The notes: generated from the sequence alone by a model not told the origin. 46,006 nucleotides of DNA from a virus (IMGVR_UViG_3300028886_000029:1-46006), one strand, 5' to 3'. Positions 1-9,128 are shown, counted from the stretch's first letter. Made by a program: numbers and translations.

Positions 1-216
1 AAACTCCGCCGCTGATGTCTCAATAACATCTTCATCTTCACTGCTGAACAATGGCTTAAATGGATTCCTCATCCACGTTACTTTTTTGAAGTGCTGGGGT
101 TTTGATATAACTAACATATCTTAAAATTTTATTATGTCTTGATTATCAGTATTTCAATTAAACTCCTTATCTTTAAGGAGTTTGGTTGTTTCAAAACCGA
201 TGTAATTCTCATTCAT
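1..216 (-). pseudogene. Degenerate paralog of the 1391-1804 / 2329-2763 family
   Basis: ATG at 216 reads MNENYIGFETTKLLKDKEFN then TGA. It resembles MITEDYVSFETAKLLKEKGF, and a decayed PALQ..W motif follows out of frame. Confidence 0.55.
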
Positions 217-442
217 ATTTCGTCGTCTCGTTTATATAGTCAAAATAATATCTTCTACCATTAGCACCTTCACACACCTCCGGAATACAACGGCCATACA
301 TTCCGCGCTCATCACCTAACGCCATGTTTTTACTACATGTCGCCACCCAATTTTCCTTTGGGAGTTTGCGCATATGAGCATCAACCGTATAAACATACGG
401 GTATTTCAACGCGGGGCAATTTTTACATTTATCCGGAGTCAT
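209..442 (-). CDS. Hypothetical Cys-rich phage protein
   Basis: 77 aa ORF in the minus-strand gene run; its stop overlaps the next ATG (ATGAATGA). Confidence 0.6.
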   Translation of the reverse strand: MTPDKCKNCPALKYPYVYTVDAHMRKLPKENWVATCSKNMALGDERGMYGRCIPEVCEGANGRRYYFDYINETTKYE

Positions 443-511
443 ACCTATCTTTACTCGTTATTGTAGACATAATCGTCTGTTAACATACAAATCATATTCG
501 GTTTTATAATC

Positions 512-829
512 TTATTCGTCTATAAAATCTTCAAAATCATAAGAATCATCGTGCAAAGAACGTTGCCTAAATGTTCTACACAACATTTCTCTATCTATGT
601 TATCATAAAAGCTATACGTTCTAAAACTATTCATTAATTCCTCATAAGACACACCTTTTAGTCCGCCGTTTCCAACAATTGATTCGTAGTCATTGTATTC
701 TTTATATAATACCCATTCATATATATTATACTCAGGAACAGAAAGCCAATAAGCATAAGGTTCGTCACAGCACCATAAATTTGTTGCAGTTAAAAATTCT
801 GGACGTAATGTTTCAAATTTATCTATCAT
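512..829 (-). CDS. Hypothetical protein
   Basis: 105 aa ORF, co-oriented and tightly packed. Confidence 0.65.
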   Translation of the reverse strand: MIDKFETLRPEFLTATNLWCCDEPYAYWLSVPEYNIYEWVLYKEYNDYESIVGNGGLKGVSYEELMNSFRTYSFYDNIDREMLCRTFRQRSLHDDSYDFEDFIDE

Positions 830-841
830 GTTTGTATATCT

Positions 842-1258
842 CTATACATTATACATTCCTTCAGGTGCTTCAAGAGCAAGTCCCTTTTCAATAAGTCCAC
901 GATAGTCAATATGGTGTTTGTTAAATAAATCACTAAGTAAAGCCTCTCTTGTTAATTGAAACAAAGGGTTCTTGTTTTGTGAAGCAAACATAATAGCAGC
1001 GACAAAATTGTTAAGTTCTTTTTTCTCTTCCTCTGTCATACTTGACATTGGGCGAAGGTAAGGCTTTACTGTATCGCCATCGTTCAAATCATATTCTTCT
1101 GCTTCTGAACGGTCAAAATCAACATAGACAAGATTCTCTCCGAACGAATATTCAACACTAATCAATGTGCCTATGCCATTTTTTGTTTGACATTTTACTC
1201 CATAAGGCAACCTTGCGCTCAAATCACGCAAAAGTAAATCTTTATCTTGTTGTATCAT
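842..1258 (-). CDS. Conserved-looking Bacteroidota phage hypothetical protein
   Basis: DLLLRDLSARLPYGVK...VKPYLRPMSSMTEEE...DYRGLIEKGLALEAPEGMY pattern, recalled from Prevotella/Bacteroides phage proteins. Confidence 0.75.
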   Translation of the reverse strand: MIQQDKDLLLRDLSARLPYGVKCQTKNGIGTLISVEYSFGENLVYVDFDRSEAEEYDLNDGDTVKPYLRPMSSMTEEEKKELNNFVAAIMFASQNKNPLFQLTREALLSDLFNKHHIDYRGLIEKGLALEAPEGMYNV

Positions 1259-1390
1259 AATTCTTTTAGTCTTGTTCTTATTCGTTCTAATAAATTCAAT
1301 TCATATTGACCTATACATGCACCATCAAATGCTATTTCCATAAGCATTTCAATATCTTGTTTAAATTGTTCCTTTTCTTCTCGTGTCATA

Positions 1391-1804
1391 TTAAATCAAA
1401 TTTTCAAGGCAATACTTAATGGCCTTTTCACAGGCTTGTTCATAAGAATCGCTGGAAGGTATGCCTTTCCATTGGAATTCGTTTAAGTCCTCGTTCCATT
1501 TATCAATATGGACGATTGAAGCGTGATACTTAACCCCGTTGAGGGGAACTGCGCTGCGTAACAGCACATCTCGACCGTATGGCTTTATCGCCTCTATCTC
1601 TATGTGTATATTATGCACTTCCCTGAGCCACTTCATGGCTATTTGAAGGGTTGGACGATAGATTGGGAAAAATGCGCTTGGAACCACATACGCTGATTCC
1701 ATTTCTGTTCCTTTTTCAGTATAGAATGTGTGCATCTTCCCTTCAAACCCTTTCTCTTTCAAGAGTTTAGCGGTTTCAAAACTAACGTAGTCTTCTGTTA
1801 TCAT
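1391..1804 (-). CDS. Phage hypothetical protein, EDYVSFETAKLL family (paralog 1)
   Basis: Shares YVSFETAKLL, PTLQxAMKWLRExH and YExAxxxAIKYCLxNLI with 2329-2763. Confidence 0.8.
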   Translation of the reverse strand: MITEDYVSFETAKLLKEKGFEGKMHTFYTEKGTEMESAYVVPSAFFPIYRPTLQIAMKWLREVHNIHIEIEAIKPYGRDVLLRSAVPLNGVKYHASIVHIDKWNEDLNEFQWKGIPSSDSYEQACEKAIKYCLENLI

Positions 1805-1822
1805 ATCTAAATTAATTTTATG

Positions 1823-2326
1823 TTATTCTATCCAGTCACAACTAAGAACAATTTCATTTGTTTCAAAATTAATACTACTTATCCAAGCATTATACAAGAA
1901 AAATTCATCTTGTTTTATTTTATCTTTGTTGAAAATTTCAACATGAATTTCCGCATTGTCGCCGACAAGTTCTTTCTTTGTGATGGTCATGACATCGGCT
2001 AAACGATACGTACCAATAACAGGGATGGTATCCTTTATGTCATTTGGTGTTACCCTAAAAGTCATATCTACGGAAAGGTTGTATTTTTTTGCACGAAACC
2101 ATTTTCCTGTCTTAGTGTTCGTCACTATAACAAAAGACTCGTCGGCAACGTTGGGATTGGGAACAATTTCGCCGAATTGTCCATCTAAAACCCTATTGCA
2201 CATTTCAGCGATATCTTCAACCTTATCCTGTACATATTCATCAGCCGTATAGTTTTTGTTGTTTATTATGAGGTCACACTTGCGGATAATGAACTTTAAC
2301 AAATTTTTTACATCTTCTCTTGTCAT
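1823..2326 (-). CDS. Hypothetical protein
   Basis: Long ORF; ATG at 2326 (MTREDV) chosen to avoid overlap with the upstream gene. Confidence 0.7.
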   Translation of the reverse strand: MTREDVKNLLKFIIRKCDLIINNKNYTADEYVQDKVEDIAEMCNRVLDGQFGEIVPNPNVADESFVIVTNTKTGKWFRAKKYNLSVDMTFRVTPNDIKDTIPVIGTYRLADVMTITKKELVGDNAEIHVEIFNKDKIKQDEFFLYNAWISSINFETNEIVLSCDWIE

Positions 2327-2328
2327 AT

Positions 2329-2763
2329 CTAAATCAAATTTATTAAACAATATTTTATTGCTGCATCAGCAGCTTCTTCATAAGTGGTATAGTTAACCGC
2401 TTTATGTGGAAGATAGGTTTTCATCTCCGTATCATGGTCTTGGACAACCTCTTTTAGGGAAGTTATTTGAATACACCAGCCTAATCTGAAATCATAACTA
2501 ATATCACAGTGAAGGTTATGTTCCTCTCTCAACCATTTCATTGCCATTTGAAGAGTTGGAGCAAGATAATATCCAAATCTTTTCCATTCATCACCATTCA
2601 TATATTGAAGGTAGTCCTCCGCGCCATAATCAAAAATTGCACTATCTCTTACAAATGTTCCATAGTCGCCATTGTCGTATATCGCAGTACATTCATCACT
2701 ATAAAACTGATTTGCGTCCAAAAGTTTAGCTGTCTCAAACGAGACATAATTTTCAGTAGTCAT
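2329..2763 (-). CDS. Phage hypothetical protein, EDYVSFETAKLL family (paralog 2)
   Basis: Paralog of 1391-1804. Confidence 0.8.
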   Translation of the reverse strand: MTTENYVSFETAKLLDANQFYSDECTAIYDNGDYGTFVRDSAIFDYGAEDYLQYMNGDEWKRFGYYLAPTLQMAMKWLREEHNLHCDISYDFRLGWCIQITSLKEVVQDHDTEMKTYLPHKAVNYTTYEEAADAAIKYCLINLI

Positions 2764-2787
2764 ATTTATTGCACATCAATTTTTAGT

Positions 2788-3273
2788 TTAAAATTCGCTT
2801 TGGACTGTGAAAAAATCCTTGTTTCCTGTACCAACAACATGCAAATTATTATTAGTATCCACAACAAATTCAATATTTCCATCAAAATCTTCAATAACAG
2901 TGGCACACCAATCATGTGTTTTTATCCATTCTTTATTAGTATCATTTAGTTTGTCATAGTCAAAAACACCCACTTGACCTGAGTCAGCACAAAACTCACC
3001 CAAAATGTTATCTTTCCATTCGTTTTTAAATTTTTTAAATGTCTCTAACTTTTTTTCCTTCTCTTCTTTTTCCAAACCAGAAAAATTGTATTCATTGAAA
3101 AAGTTAAAATAATAGTCATCCCAATCTATCGGTTTGTTATTTTCTTCCATTTTTCCTGGATATGTCATACATGACCAATCACCGTAGATGGTATCTCTTT
3201 TCATTAAACATGACCCATAATAACTTACCAAATAACAGGGGTCAGTAATCACAAGTGTTCCTTTAAATTGCAT
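2788..3273 (-). CDS. Phage hypothetical protein (ITDPCY / FCADSGQVGV motifs)
   Basis: 161 aa ORF with conserved-looking motifs. Confidence 0.75.
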   Translation of the reverse strand: MQFKGTLVITDPCYLVSYYGSCLMKRDTIYGDWSCMTYPGKMEENNKPIDWDDYYFNFFNEYNFSGLEKEEKEKKLETFKKFKNEWKDNILGEFCADSGQVGVFDYDKLNDTNKEWIKTHDWCATVIEDFDGNIEFVVDTNNNLHVVGTGNKDFFTVQSEF

Positions 3274-3310
3274 AATACTATTTTTTACAAAAATATCAAT
3301 TTTTTTCTTT

Positions 3311-3559
3311 TTAACAAAAAATATCTTTTAATGTTAGCCAAACCCATTCAAGCATATACCATATGAATTTAAGTACATACCAAACCACAATAATAACAAG
3401 GTAATACCAACTGAATATAATTGGAACAAACCATAACAATGTCACAACTGTATGCTTTTCATCATAACAAATGGTTTTGATTGTCAGAACACCCAACACA
3501 ACAAACCCACTGAGTAAAAGACCAAACCAATAAAATTCATTAAACAATGCGCTAATCAT
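3311..3559 (-). CDS. Small membrane protein
   Basis: Two hydrophobic, Trp/Phe-rich segments. Confidence 0.65.
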   Translation of the reverse strand: MISALFNEFYWFGLLLSGFVVLGVLTIKTICYDEKHTVVTLLWFVPIIFSWYYLVIIVVWYVLKFIWYMLEWVWLTLKDIFC

Positions 3560-3666
3560 AACAAAATAATAATTTTTTTAAAACACATATTTTTATTACA
3601 AAAATCGTGCCGAAACACAGTATCTTTTTAGATTTCTAACTATTTATTATAAAAATATTTAATGTT

Positions 3667-4041
3667 ATGACTATTAAGGAAGAAAAAATATTAAAAAGCA
3701 CAATCAAAAAAATTATTAGAGAAAGTTTTTTTGATTATTATAACAATGAGACTAAATCTGAAGACAAAGAAACTAAATCTGATGATAAGAAAAAAGATGA
3801 TAAAGAAACCAAGTCCAACGATAAAAAGTCTAAGTCAAGAGTCATAAACCAATTGAAATCAAAAGGTATTGATAAAGCACAATTCGCATATAAATTATGG
3901 CCAGAAAAAGATAAAGATAGCGCAAGAAGTTATTTTTATAAATGCCTTAACCATGAGACAAATGACGATGGTGACATTTATTCATTTGATGATGAAGAAG
4001 CAATTAAATTGAGGTCTATGTTGAACAACCAACAGATATAA
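3667..4041 (+). CDS. Hypothetical late-type protein with low-complexity K/D/E/S tract
   Basis: Preceded by CTATTTAT at 3640-3647 and followed by a terminator hairpin. Confidence 0.75.
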   Translation: MTIKEEKILKSTIKKIIRESFFDYYNNETKSEDKETKSDDKKKDDKETKSNDKKSKSRVINQLKSKGIDKAQFAYKLWPEKDKDSARSYFYKCLNHETNDDGDIYSFDDEEAIKLRSMLNNQQI

Positions 4042-4045
4042 AACC

Positions 4046-4076
4046 AAAAAGCCATAGGAAAAAACCTATGGCTTTT
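4046..4076. terminator. Bidirectional intrinsic terminator
   Basis: aaaaa-gccatagg-aaaaaa-cctatggc-tttt between convergent genes. Confidence 0.8.
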
Positions 4077-4086
4077 ATTTTAATAT

Positions 4087-4602
4087 TTAACTGGCGTAAG
4101 TTCCAAAGTAATTTTTAATAAAAACTATTGGTGTACCTTTCTGTCCTGAACCACTAACCAAATCGCAAAGTGACGCAATCAAATCCCTATATTGCCTTGG
4201 TGTGGTACCTTGTGATGTCATGTTTCCTACCAAATTATGGTTATTGTTTTCTTTAACCTCATTCCTAATGGCATCATCAAGTTCAGTACCATGTAACTCT
4301 TTATACTTATCATCGGCAAATGCCTTAATTTTAATCTCATTAGGTGTTGACTCAAATATTTCAGGGTCAGTATAAGCTGGCATTGTAATTGGGTCAGCAA
4401 ATTCATTGATGGAAGTACCTAAAATACCATTAATCATTGGACTATGGAAACAACCATCACCATATACACAAACAAGCACATTTTTTCCTGTAACAGTTTT
4501 AACCTTGTCCTTTATATCTTCACAAACTCTAACACAGTCCCTAATGTTGGGAAACAGTTTAATCTTGTCCTCAGTTGCTTTATTAGAACCTAAAACACCG
4601 TA
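4087..4602 (-). pseudogene. C-terminal fragment of a coenzyme F420-0:L-glutamate ligase-like protein
   Basis: Open frame YGVLGSNKATEDKIKLFP...VYGDG...ADP..PAYT...NLVGNMTSQGTTPR...SLCDLVSGSGQKGTPIVFI resembles the Firmicutes/Bacteroidota F420-ligase-like family. The N-terminal half is absent, and an in-frame TAG at 4612-4614 lies within the TnpB element end. Confidence 0.7.
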
Positions 4603-4753
4603 TATAGAAATCTAAGAAAAACTATGAACAATTCTTAGTTCCCATTTCTTGTTTCAACGAAACACTGCTTTTTAGTACCTCATTGCTGAGTCTGTCATCC
4701 ACAGTTGGTTTCTCCGCAAGCGTATATTCGGGAGTACGGCTCCCTATTATTCT
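4596..4753 (-). ncRNA. Putative omega-RNA scaffold of TnpB copy 1 (overlaps the tnpB 3' end)
   Basis: Established position of TnpB omega-RNAs; hairpin gggag-ccgta-ctccc; homologous orphan copy at 7358-7505. Confidence 0.7.
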
Positions 4754-5878
4754 TTCTCCTTCCTTTAAAATGTTAATCGCAGCATTCAAATCCCTATCAT
4801 GGTGCTCTCCACATTCAGGACAATCCCACAATCGTTCGTCAAGTGTCAGTCCCTTGTAAACATAACCACAACAGTGACAAGTCTTTGAACTTGCAAACCA
4901 TCGGTCAACTTCAATCACAAACTTGTTATTCAATATTGCTTTGTTCTTTAGTGTATTTTTAAATGCATAAAAACCAACCTCTTGTATTGCTTTAGATAAC
5001 TTATGATTCTTTAGCATCCCCTGAACATTCAGGTTCTCCATGAAAACATAATCATAATTTTCCAATAATGAATTGACAACACTGTGAACATAATCAATTC
5101 TTTGATTGTTTAAACGTTCAAATTCTTTTGCAAGTTTAACTCTTGCCTTGTTTCTGTTGTTTGAGCCTTTGGCTTTCTTGGACAATTGTCTTTGTAACTT
5201 TTTGATTTTGTTTTCACTTTTTTTAAAGAAGTGTTTATTTTCAAATACTTCCCCATCAGAAGTAATTACAAAATCCTTTACACCAAGGTCAATGCCAACT
5301 CTGTTACCTGTGTGTCTGAATTGTCTGAATTCTTCTTCATTCATGGATAAAAGGACAGATAAGTAGTATTTACCACTCTTGGTTTTCGATAAGGTAGCAC
5401 ACTTTATATTGTCCTTATAGGTTTTCAATCTATTGAAATATAAGTTTGAACAACGGAACTTCAGGTTTTTCAGATTTTTAGTTAAGGAGATATGTTTAGT
5501 TTTAAAAGTATTTGTTTTAGATATTGCTTCATAAGGGAACAATGCTGAATTGTCGTTGTGTTTGGTTTTGAATTTAGGAAACCCTTTACCAAGAGTAAAG
5601 AAGCCATCATAAGCAGACAACATCTGTCTTATTGCTTGTTTCATTACCTTGGTATTTTGTTCTTTCAACCAAGAATATTGTTCGTTTTTCAGTAGTTCTC
5701 CGTGAAAGAATTTTGATAATTCGCAAAGACCAACATTAGTTTTGTCCGCATTATAAGCCTTTTGTTTATGTGCAAGCATTTGATTATAGACAAATCGGTA
5801 GCATCCAAGCACTTTGTTAAGTGTTTGTTCCTGTTCCTTATTAGGATATAACCTTATTTTAACTGTTCTTAATATCAT
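4622..5878 (-). CDS. tnpB: RNA-guided endonuclease TnpB (copy 1)
   Basis: N-terminal LRTVKIRLYPNKEQ HTH; RuvC-I VGIDLG, RuvC-II VFMENL, Zn finger CHCC..CPEC, RuvC-III HDRDLNAAINI. All three catalytic acids are present. CTATTTAT upstream at 5913-5920. Confidence 0.95.
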   Translation of the reverse strand: MILRTVKIRLYPNKEQEQTLNKVLGCYRFVYNQMLAHKQKAYNADKTNVGLCELSKFFHGELLKNEQYSWLKEQNTKVMKQAIRQMLSAYDGFFTLGKGFPKFKTKHNDNSALFPYEAISKTNTFKTKHISLTKNLKNLKFRCSNLYFNRLKTYKDNIKCATLSKTKSGKYYLSVLLSMNEEEFRQFRHTGNRVGIDLGVKDFVITSDGEVFENKHFFKKSENKIKKLQRQLSKKAKGSNNRNKARVKLAKEFERLNNQRIDYVHSVVNSLLENYDYVFMENLNVQGMLKNHKLSKAIQEVGFYAFKNTLKNKAILNNKFVIEVDRWFASSKTCHCCGYVYKGLTLDERLWDCPECGEHHDRDLNAAINILKEGERIIGSRTPEYTLAEKPTVDDRLSNEVLKSSVSLKQEMGTKNCS

Positions 5879-6045
5879 TATCAAACAATGGGGTTTATAA
5901 CCCAATCCTTTTATAAATAGTTTATGTTTTGAAAAAATCTTGATTATTAAGACTTTTTCTTAGAATTTTATTTAACTGTTAATAACCCTGTAAGAGAAAA
6001 AATTGTTTAGAAGCCCCCAGATAATAAACTATTTTTTTTTTAAAA

Positions 6046-6408
6046 TAAACACAAACTTTACTACATCACTGCGACTGAGGAACCTCGGCTTTACGAGGAT
6101 TGCATTACCTTTGGAGTGTTTTACTTCCCTTTTAAACTACTTCAGATGCTGTACCACCTTTATTGATATTATCTCATTGGCCTCGGCAGAGTGTTTTTCA
6201 TCACTATCTCTCTTTACAAGGTTTTACCCACCTGTTGGCAAGGTGCATCTCTTAGGATTTATGTATTATGTTCCTAAGTACAAGATATGTCAGCATCCCA
6301 TCGGTTCGTTGTGGTCTCATATTACATGGACATATGTACACTATTCCATGCTATTACCTGACGCACTTGGCAAGGTTCTATGCTAAAAATAGAACAAGTT
6401 TGTGTTTA
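6046..6408 (-). ncRNA. ~360-nt structured RNA with group II (IIC-like) intron domain I-III hallmarks, lacking DV and RT
   Basis: Perfect 13-bp terminal helix (6046-6058/6396-6408); GTGCG at 6366-6362; CTGCC..TGGTACAG..TGAAGTAG..AGGGAA and GTCGCAG..TAGTA segments; boxA-like TTCTTTGACA immediately upstream. Confidence 0.5.
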
Positions 6409-6439
6409 ACTTGTCAAAGAAATGACAAGGAGGAAAAAA

Positions 6440-7216
6440 TTAATATATAAAAACTTCACCTTTTGCACTTCTTGGTGCTCTTGAACTAATTGAGCCACAT
6501 GGCGGATTTACATATGATTCAACAAAAGTAAATCTTGTTGGCTTTCCGCCATTGTTTTTGTATTTTTCACTATTTTTATGTAAATCAGTAAAATATTCCT
6601 GAGAGAAATCATTAAAAGTAGCATCAGAGCCAAATTCCATATCAATCTCTCCGTTTTTAGTTATATATTTTGGGTTTTCATTACCCTTTTTAAATAAAAA
6701 AGAATCTTGATTATATTTTTTTGACATTTCAATACCGAAATCATAAAGTTTATCTATTCCAAATACATTACCGTCAGTTGTTCTGTTATAGACCATAAAT
6801 GATTTCTCATAAACATTTTTTTCTGTCTCAGAACCAAGGTTTTCGATAAAACCACCATAAACCGGTGTATATGAAAGATGTTTTTTTCTTAGAATATTAA
6901 TAAAATCCTTCACTCTTTCGTTATTAATATGTTTGCTTTTTTCTTCAACATTGGGGTCATTAGGGTTAATACCTAATTCCTCAGGATTTGACCTACATGG
7001 ACTAATAACAATATAACCATTATCACTATGTCTTGCAAGCATCCTTTTGGCATTTGTTTCAGTTATTGGCACCAAATAAGAATTTTCTGAATAATGTGAA
7101 ACATTAATCCTTTCGTCAGAAGGAAATGACTTCCTGTTGTTTTCTTTTATTTCATTAAGCACAGTTTTTGTGCTTTCAAATATTATTGTTTTTAATTGAG
7201 ACTCAGTTATTTTCAT
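6440..7216 (-). CDS. Phage protein (DUF3293-like core), paralog of 16098-16775
   Basis: Shared IISxxxxP, G.F/Y..E.S.MVYN and KYNQD/ES motifs; N-terminal ITESQLKTIIFES leader. Confidence 0.75.
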   Translation of the reverse strand: MKITESQLKTIIFESTKTVLNEIKENNRKSFPSDERINVSHYSENSYLVPITETNAKRMLARHSDNGYIVISPCRSNPEELGINPNDPNVEEKSKHINNERVKDFINILRKKHLSYTPVYGGFIENLGSETEKNVYEKSFMVYNRTTDGNVFGIDKLYDFGIEMSKKYNQDSFLFKKGNENPKYITKNGEIDMEFGSDATFNDFSQEYFTDLHKNSEKYKNNGGKPTRFTFVESYVNPPCGSISSRAPRSAKGEVFIY

Positions 7217-7240
7217 TGTTTGTGGTGTTTAAAAATTTAG

Positions 7241-7312
7241 AGCCTCCTGTCGGAATCGAACCAACATCTACTGATTACAAATCAGTTATAATAACCTTTA
7301 TACTAAGGAGGC
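7241..7312 (-). tRNA. trnT: tRNA-Thr(TGT)
   Basis: Cloverleaf GCCTCCT..AGGAGGC; anticodon arm actga-tttgtaa-tcagt; TTCGATT T-loop. Confidence 0.9.
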
Positions 7313-7357
7313 ATGAAGCCATGATTTATAAGGAAAACCATGGCGAAAAACCATAAC

Positions 7358-7505
7358 CACCGTATAAAGAAACTTATAAAAACCTATAAGTTTCAATTTC
7401 TTGCTTCAACCTATCACTACTTTTTAGTGCCTCATTGCTGAGTCTGTCATCCATAGTTGGATAGTCCACAAGCGTAAATTCGGAAGTACGGCTTCCTATT
7501 ATTCT
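7358..7505 (-). ncRNA. Orphan omega-RNA-like copy of the tnpB1 3' end
   Basis: Aligns by eye with 4596-4753 (shared cctcattgctgagtctgtcatcc, TATACGGTG end) with no tnpB ORF; compensatory change gggag/ctccc to ggaag/cttcc. Confidence 0.75.
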
Positions 7506-7515
7506 TACCCCTTTG

Positions 7516-7605
7516 TGGAACCCATCGTATTAGGGAGTCGAACCCTGCTACTTGCATATTCGAAAACGCGCCCAAGGGGACCTTACTAACCGTTCAGGAT
7601 GTCTC
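7516..7605 (-). other. Atypical tRNA-like element
   Basis: T-arm aggg-TTCGACT-ccct present; acceptor and anticodon arms imperfect. Confidence 0.4.
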
Positions 7606-7650
7606 TTTTGTTAATATATAAATAAATGTAAAAAAAAAAACAAACTTTTT

Positions 7651-7854
7651 TTACTTCTTTTTCTTTTTTTCGTCTTTCAATGCGGTGATAATTATCCAAT
7701 TAAACGGAACCATAACCAAACCTACAATGAAAAAAACTAAAATACCCATTGGATAACCACTGACATATATGCCACATATTCCGGCAATATCTAACAATAA
7801 GATAAACAATGCCCACAATTGTAACTTGTATTTCTCAAAAAAATTTTTAAACAT
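7651..7854 (-). CDS. Small membrane protein
   Basis: Two hydrophobic helices, basic tail. Confidence 0.7.
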   Translation of the reverse strand: MFKNFFEKYKLQLWALFILLLDIAGICGIYVSGYPMGILVFFIVGLVMVPFNWIIITALKDEKKKKK

Positions 7855-8086
7855 TTTCTTCTTTCTTTTTTCTATTATTAAAATATTTTTTTATTTTGCT
7901 AATATACCATTTAATTACAATAACATCAAAATAAATTCCGAAACCTAAGAACGCAATACTTAATGGTAATGACCAAAAAAGACTTACTTTCTCAAGTACG
8001 AATAAATTGATAATCATCATCACAACTAATACATTGAAAAGAATTAAACCTATTGTTCCTATTATTGCCAATGCTTTTTCACCCAT
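7847..8086 (-). CDS. Small membrane protein
   Basis: Two hydrophobic helices; CTATTTAT upstream at 8116-8123. Confidence 0.7.
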   Translation of the reverse strand: MGEKALAIIGTIGLILFNVLVVMMIINLFVLEKVSLFWSLPLSIAFLGFGIYFDVIVIKWYISKIKKYFNNRKKKEENV

Positions 8087-8143
8087 ATTATACTCTAATT
8101 AAACCTTATTTACTAATAAATAGTTCATTTACCTAAAAATTTG

Positions 8144-8219
8144 GGAGTTATAAGAGATTCGAACTCTTTCCTTCAGAACCACAATCTGACATGCTTCGAC
8201 CATTAACACCAATAACTCC
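8144..8219 (-). tRNA. trnH: tRNA-His(GTG)
   Basis: tcaga-ttgtggt-tctga; encoded G-1 opposite C discriminator. Confidence 0.9.
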
Positions 8220-8233
8220 ATGTTAAAAATATT

Positions 8234-8373
8234 CAGAAAACATTACCACAGTTTTAGGACTCCAACCTTATCTTCTAATTTACATTAGATGTTTTTGCAA
8301 TTAAACTATTTGTCCTGTGGATTTGAAATGGCGGACAAAATTTAAAAACATAAAAATGTTGCTGTTAGTTTTC
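8234..8373 (-). ncRNA. ACAGCAA-motif element 1, enclosing a degenerate Tyr(GTA)-like tRNA body
   Basis: gaaaac-ta-ACAGCAA ... gttttc-TG; inner tctaa-tgtaaa-ttaga arm. Confidence 0.45.
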
Positions 8374-8386
8374 TTAATTTTATTTG

Positions 8387-8459
8387 TAGGGCCAACGGTA
8401 TTCGAAACCGTGTGATAGGAATGAAAATCCTATATCCTTGACCACTAGATGATAGCCCC
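8387..8459 (-). tRNA. trnE: tRNA-Glu(TTC)
   Basis: tagga-ttttcat-tccta; full cloverleaf. Confidence 0.9.
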
Positions 8460-8876
8460 ATAAAAAAAATACCTGTTTTGTTAATTTTCTTTGTTTTTGT
8501 TCTAAGAAGTGTACCAAAAAAACTCGCCACATGCCTGTGTTTATCCCTGTACAGGTGAACATACTCTAAAACATCACTCCTTCATGGGTCGAACAATTTT
8601 CTATAAACAACTAATTGTAATTATCCTTTATCTTAACATCATGCCTTCAATTAAGAGAATAATCCTCGATTAATAGTTCAGAAGGTTAAGTTTCCCTCTA
8701 TACCTATGTTGGCTCTTTTAACTGTTCTGCAACATCACAACAATCAGTATTGGTCAAGTATCAGGATTTGCACCAACTTTTTACAACCTTATTATAATAT
8801 ACAAAAATTAACTAGTACTTTTAAAATATTATAATTAGTTCTCCACTTGACTTCGAAGCCTCACAAGTGGTATACT

Positions 8877-8953
8877 TGGTGGAATAGACAGGATTCGAAC
8901 CTGCAAAATGACACCGTGCAAGGGTGTTGCTGTACCATTGAAGCCACTACCCC
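8877..8953 (-). tRNA. trnA: tRNA-Ala(TGC), CCA encoded
   Basis: acacc-cttgcac-ggtgt; ends ACCA. Confidence 0.88.
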
Positions 8954-9019
8954 AAAAATACCGCATTTACGGCAGTGCGGCCAGCCAAAACATACGCTCT
9001 TCGAGTGATGTTAATTTTA

Positions 9020-9128
9020 CAGGAAACATTTAACGTCCATAAGACGGGACGGATTTGAACCGCAAACCTCAAATTTTTGTATCCAAGAACAAAATTCTTA
9101 ATCCATGAAAAACTTGCTGTGTGTTTCC
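9020..9128 (-). ncRNA. ACAGCAA-motif element 2, enclosing anticodon-like and T-arm-like hairpins
   Basis: ggaaac-ac-ACAGCAA ... gtttcc-TG; inner ttttgt-tcttggat-acaaaa and gcgg-ttcaaat-ccgt. Confidence 0.5.

Larger units (their letters stand above)
4596..5970 (-). mobile_element. Non-autonomous TnpB-only element (IS200/IS605/IS607 superfamily); left end approximate
   Basis: tnpB plus 3' scaffold ending ...TATACGGTG; subterminal inverted motif tctaagaaaaa (4611-4621) / tttttcttaga (5954-5964); no tnpA. Confidence 0.6.

Noticed and set aside
6046-6408. RNase P RNA or tmRNA identity for the 360-nt RNA
   Set aside because: No GAGGAAAGTCC / AACxCGGCTTA pairing in the correct order, and no tRNA-like ends or tag reading frame.
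4596-6408. TnpB1 as cargo of a complete group II intron or IStron splicing the F420-ligase-like gene
   Set aside because: No domain V/VI or group I core near the 3' junction (GAGCCGTAC there belongs to the omega-RNA hairpin), and no 5' exon is present.
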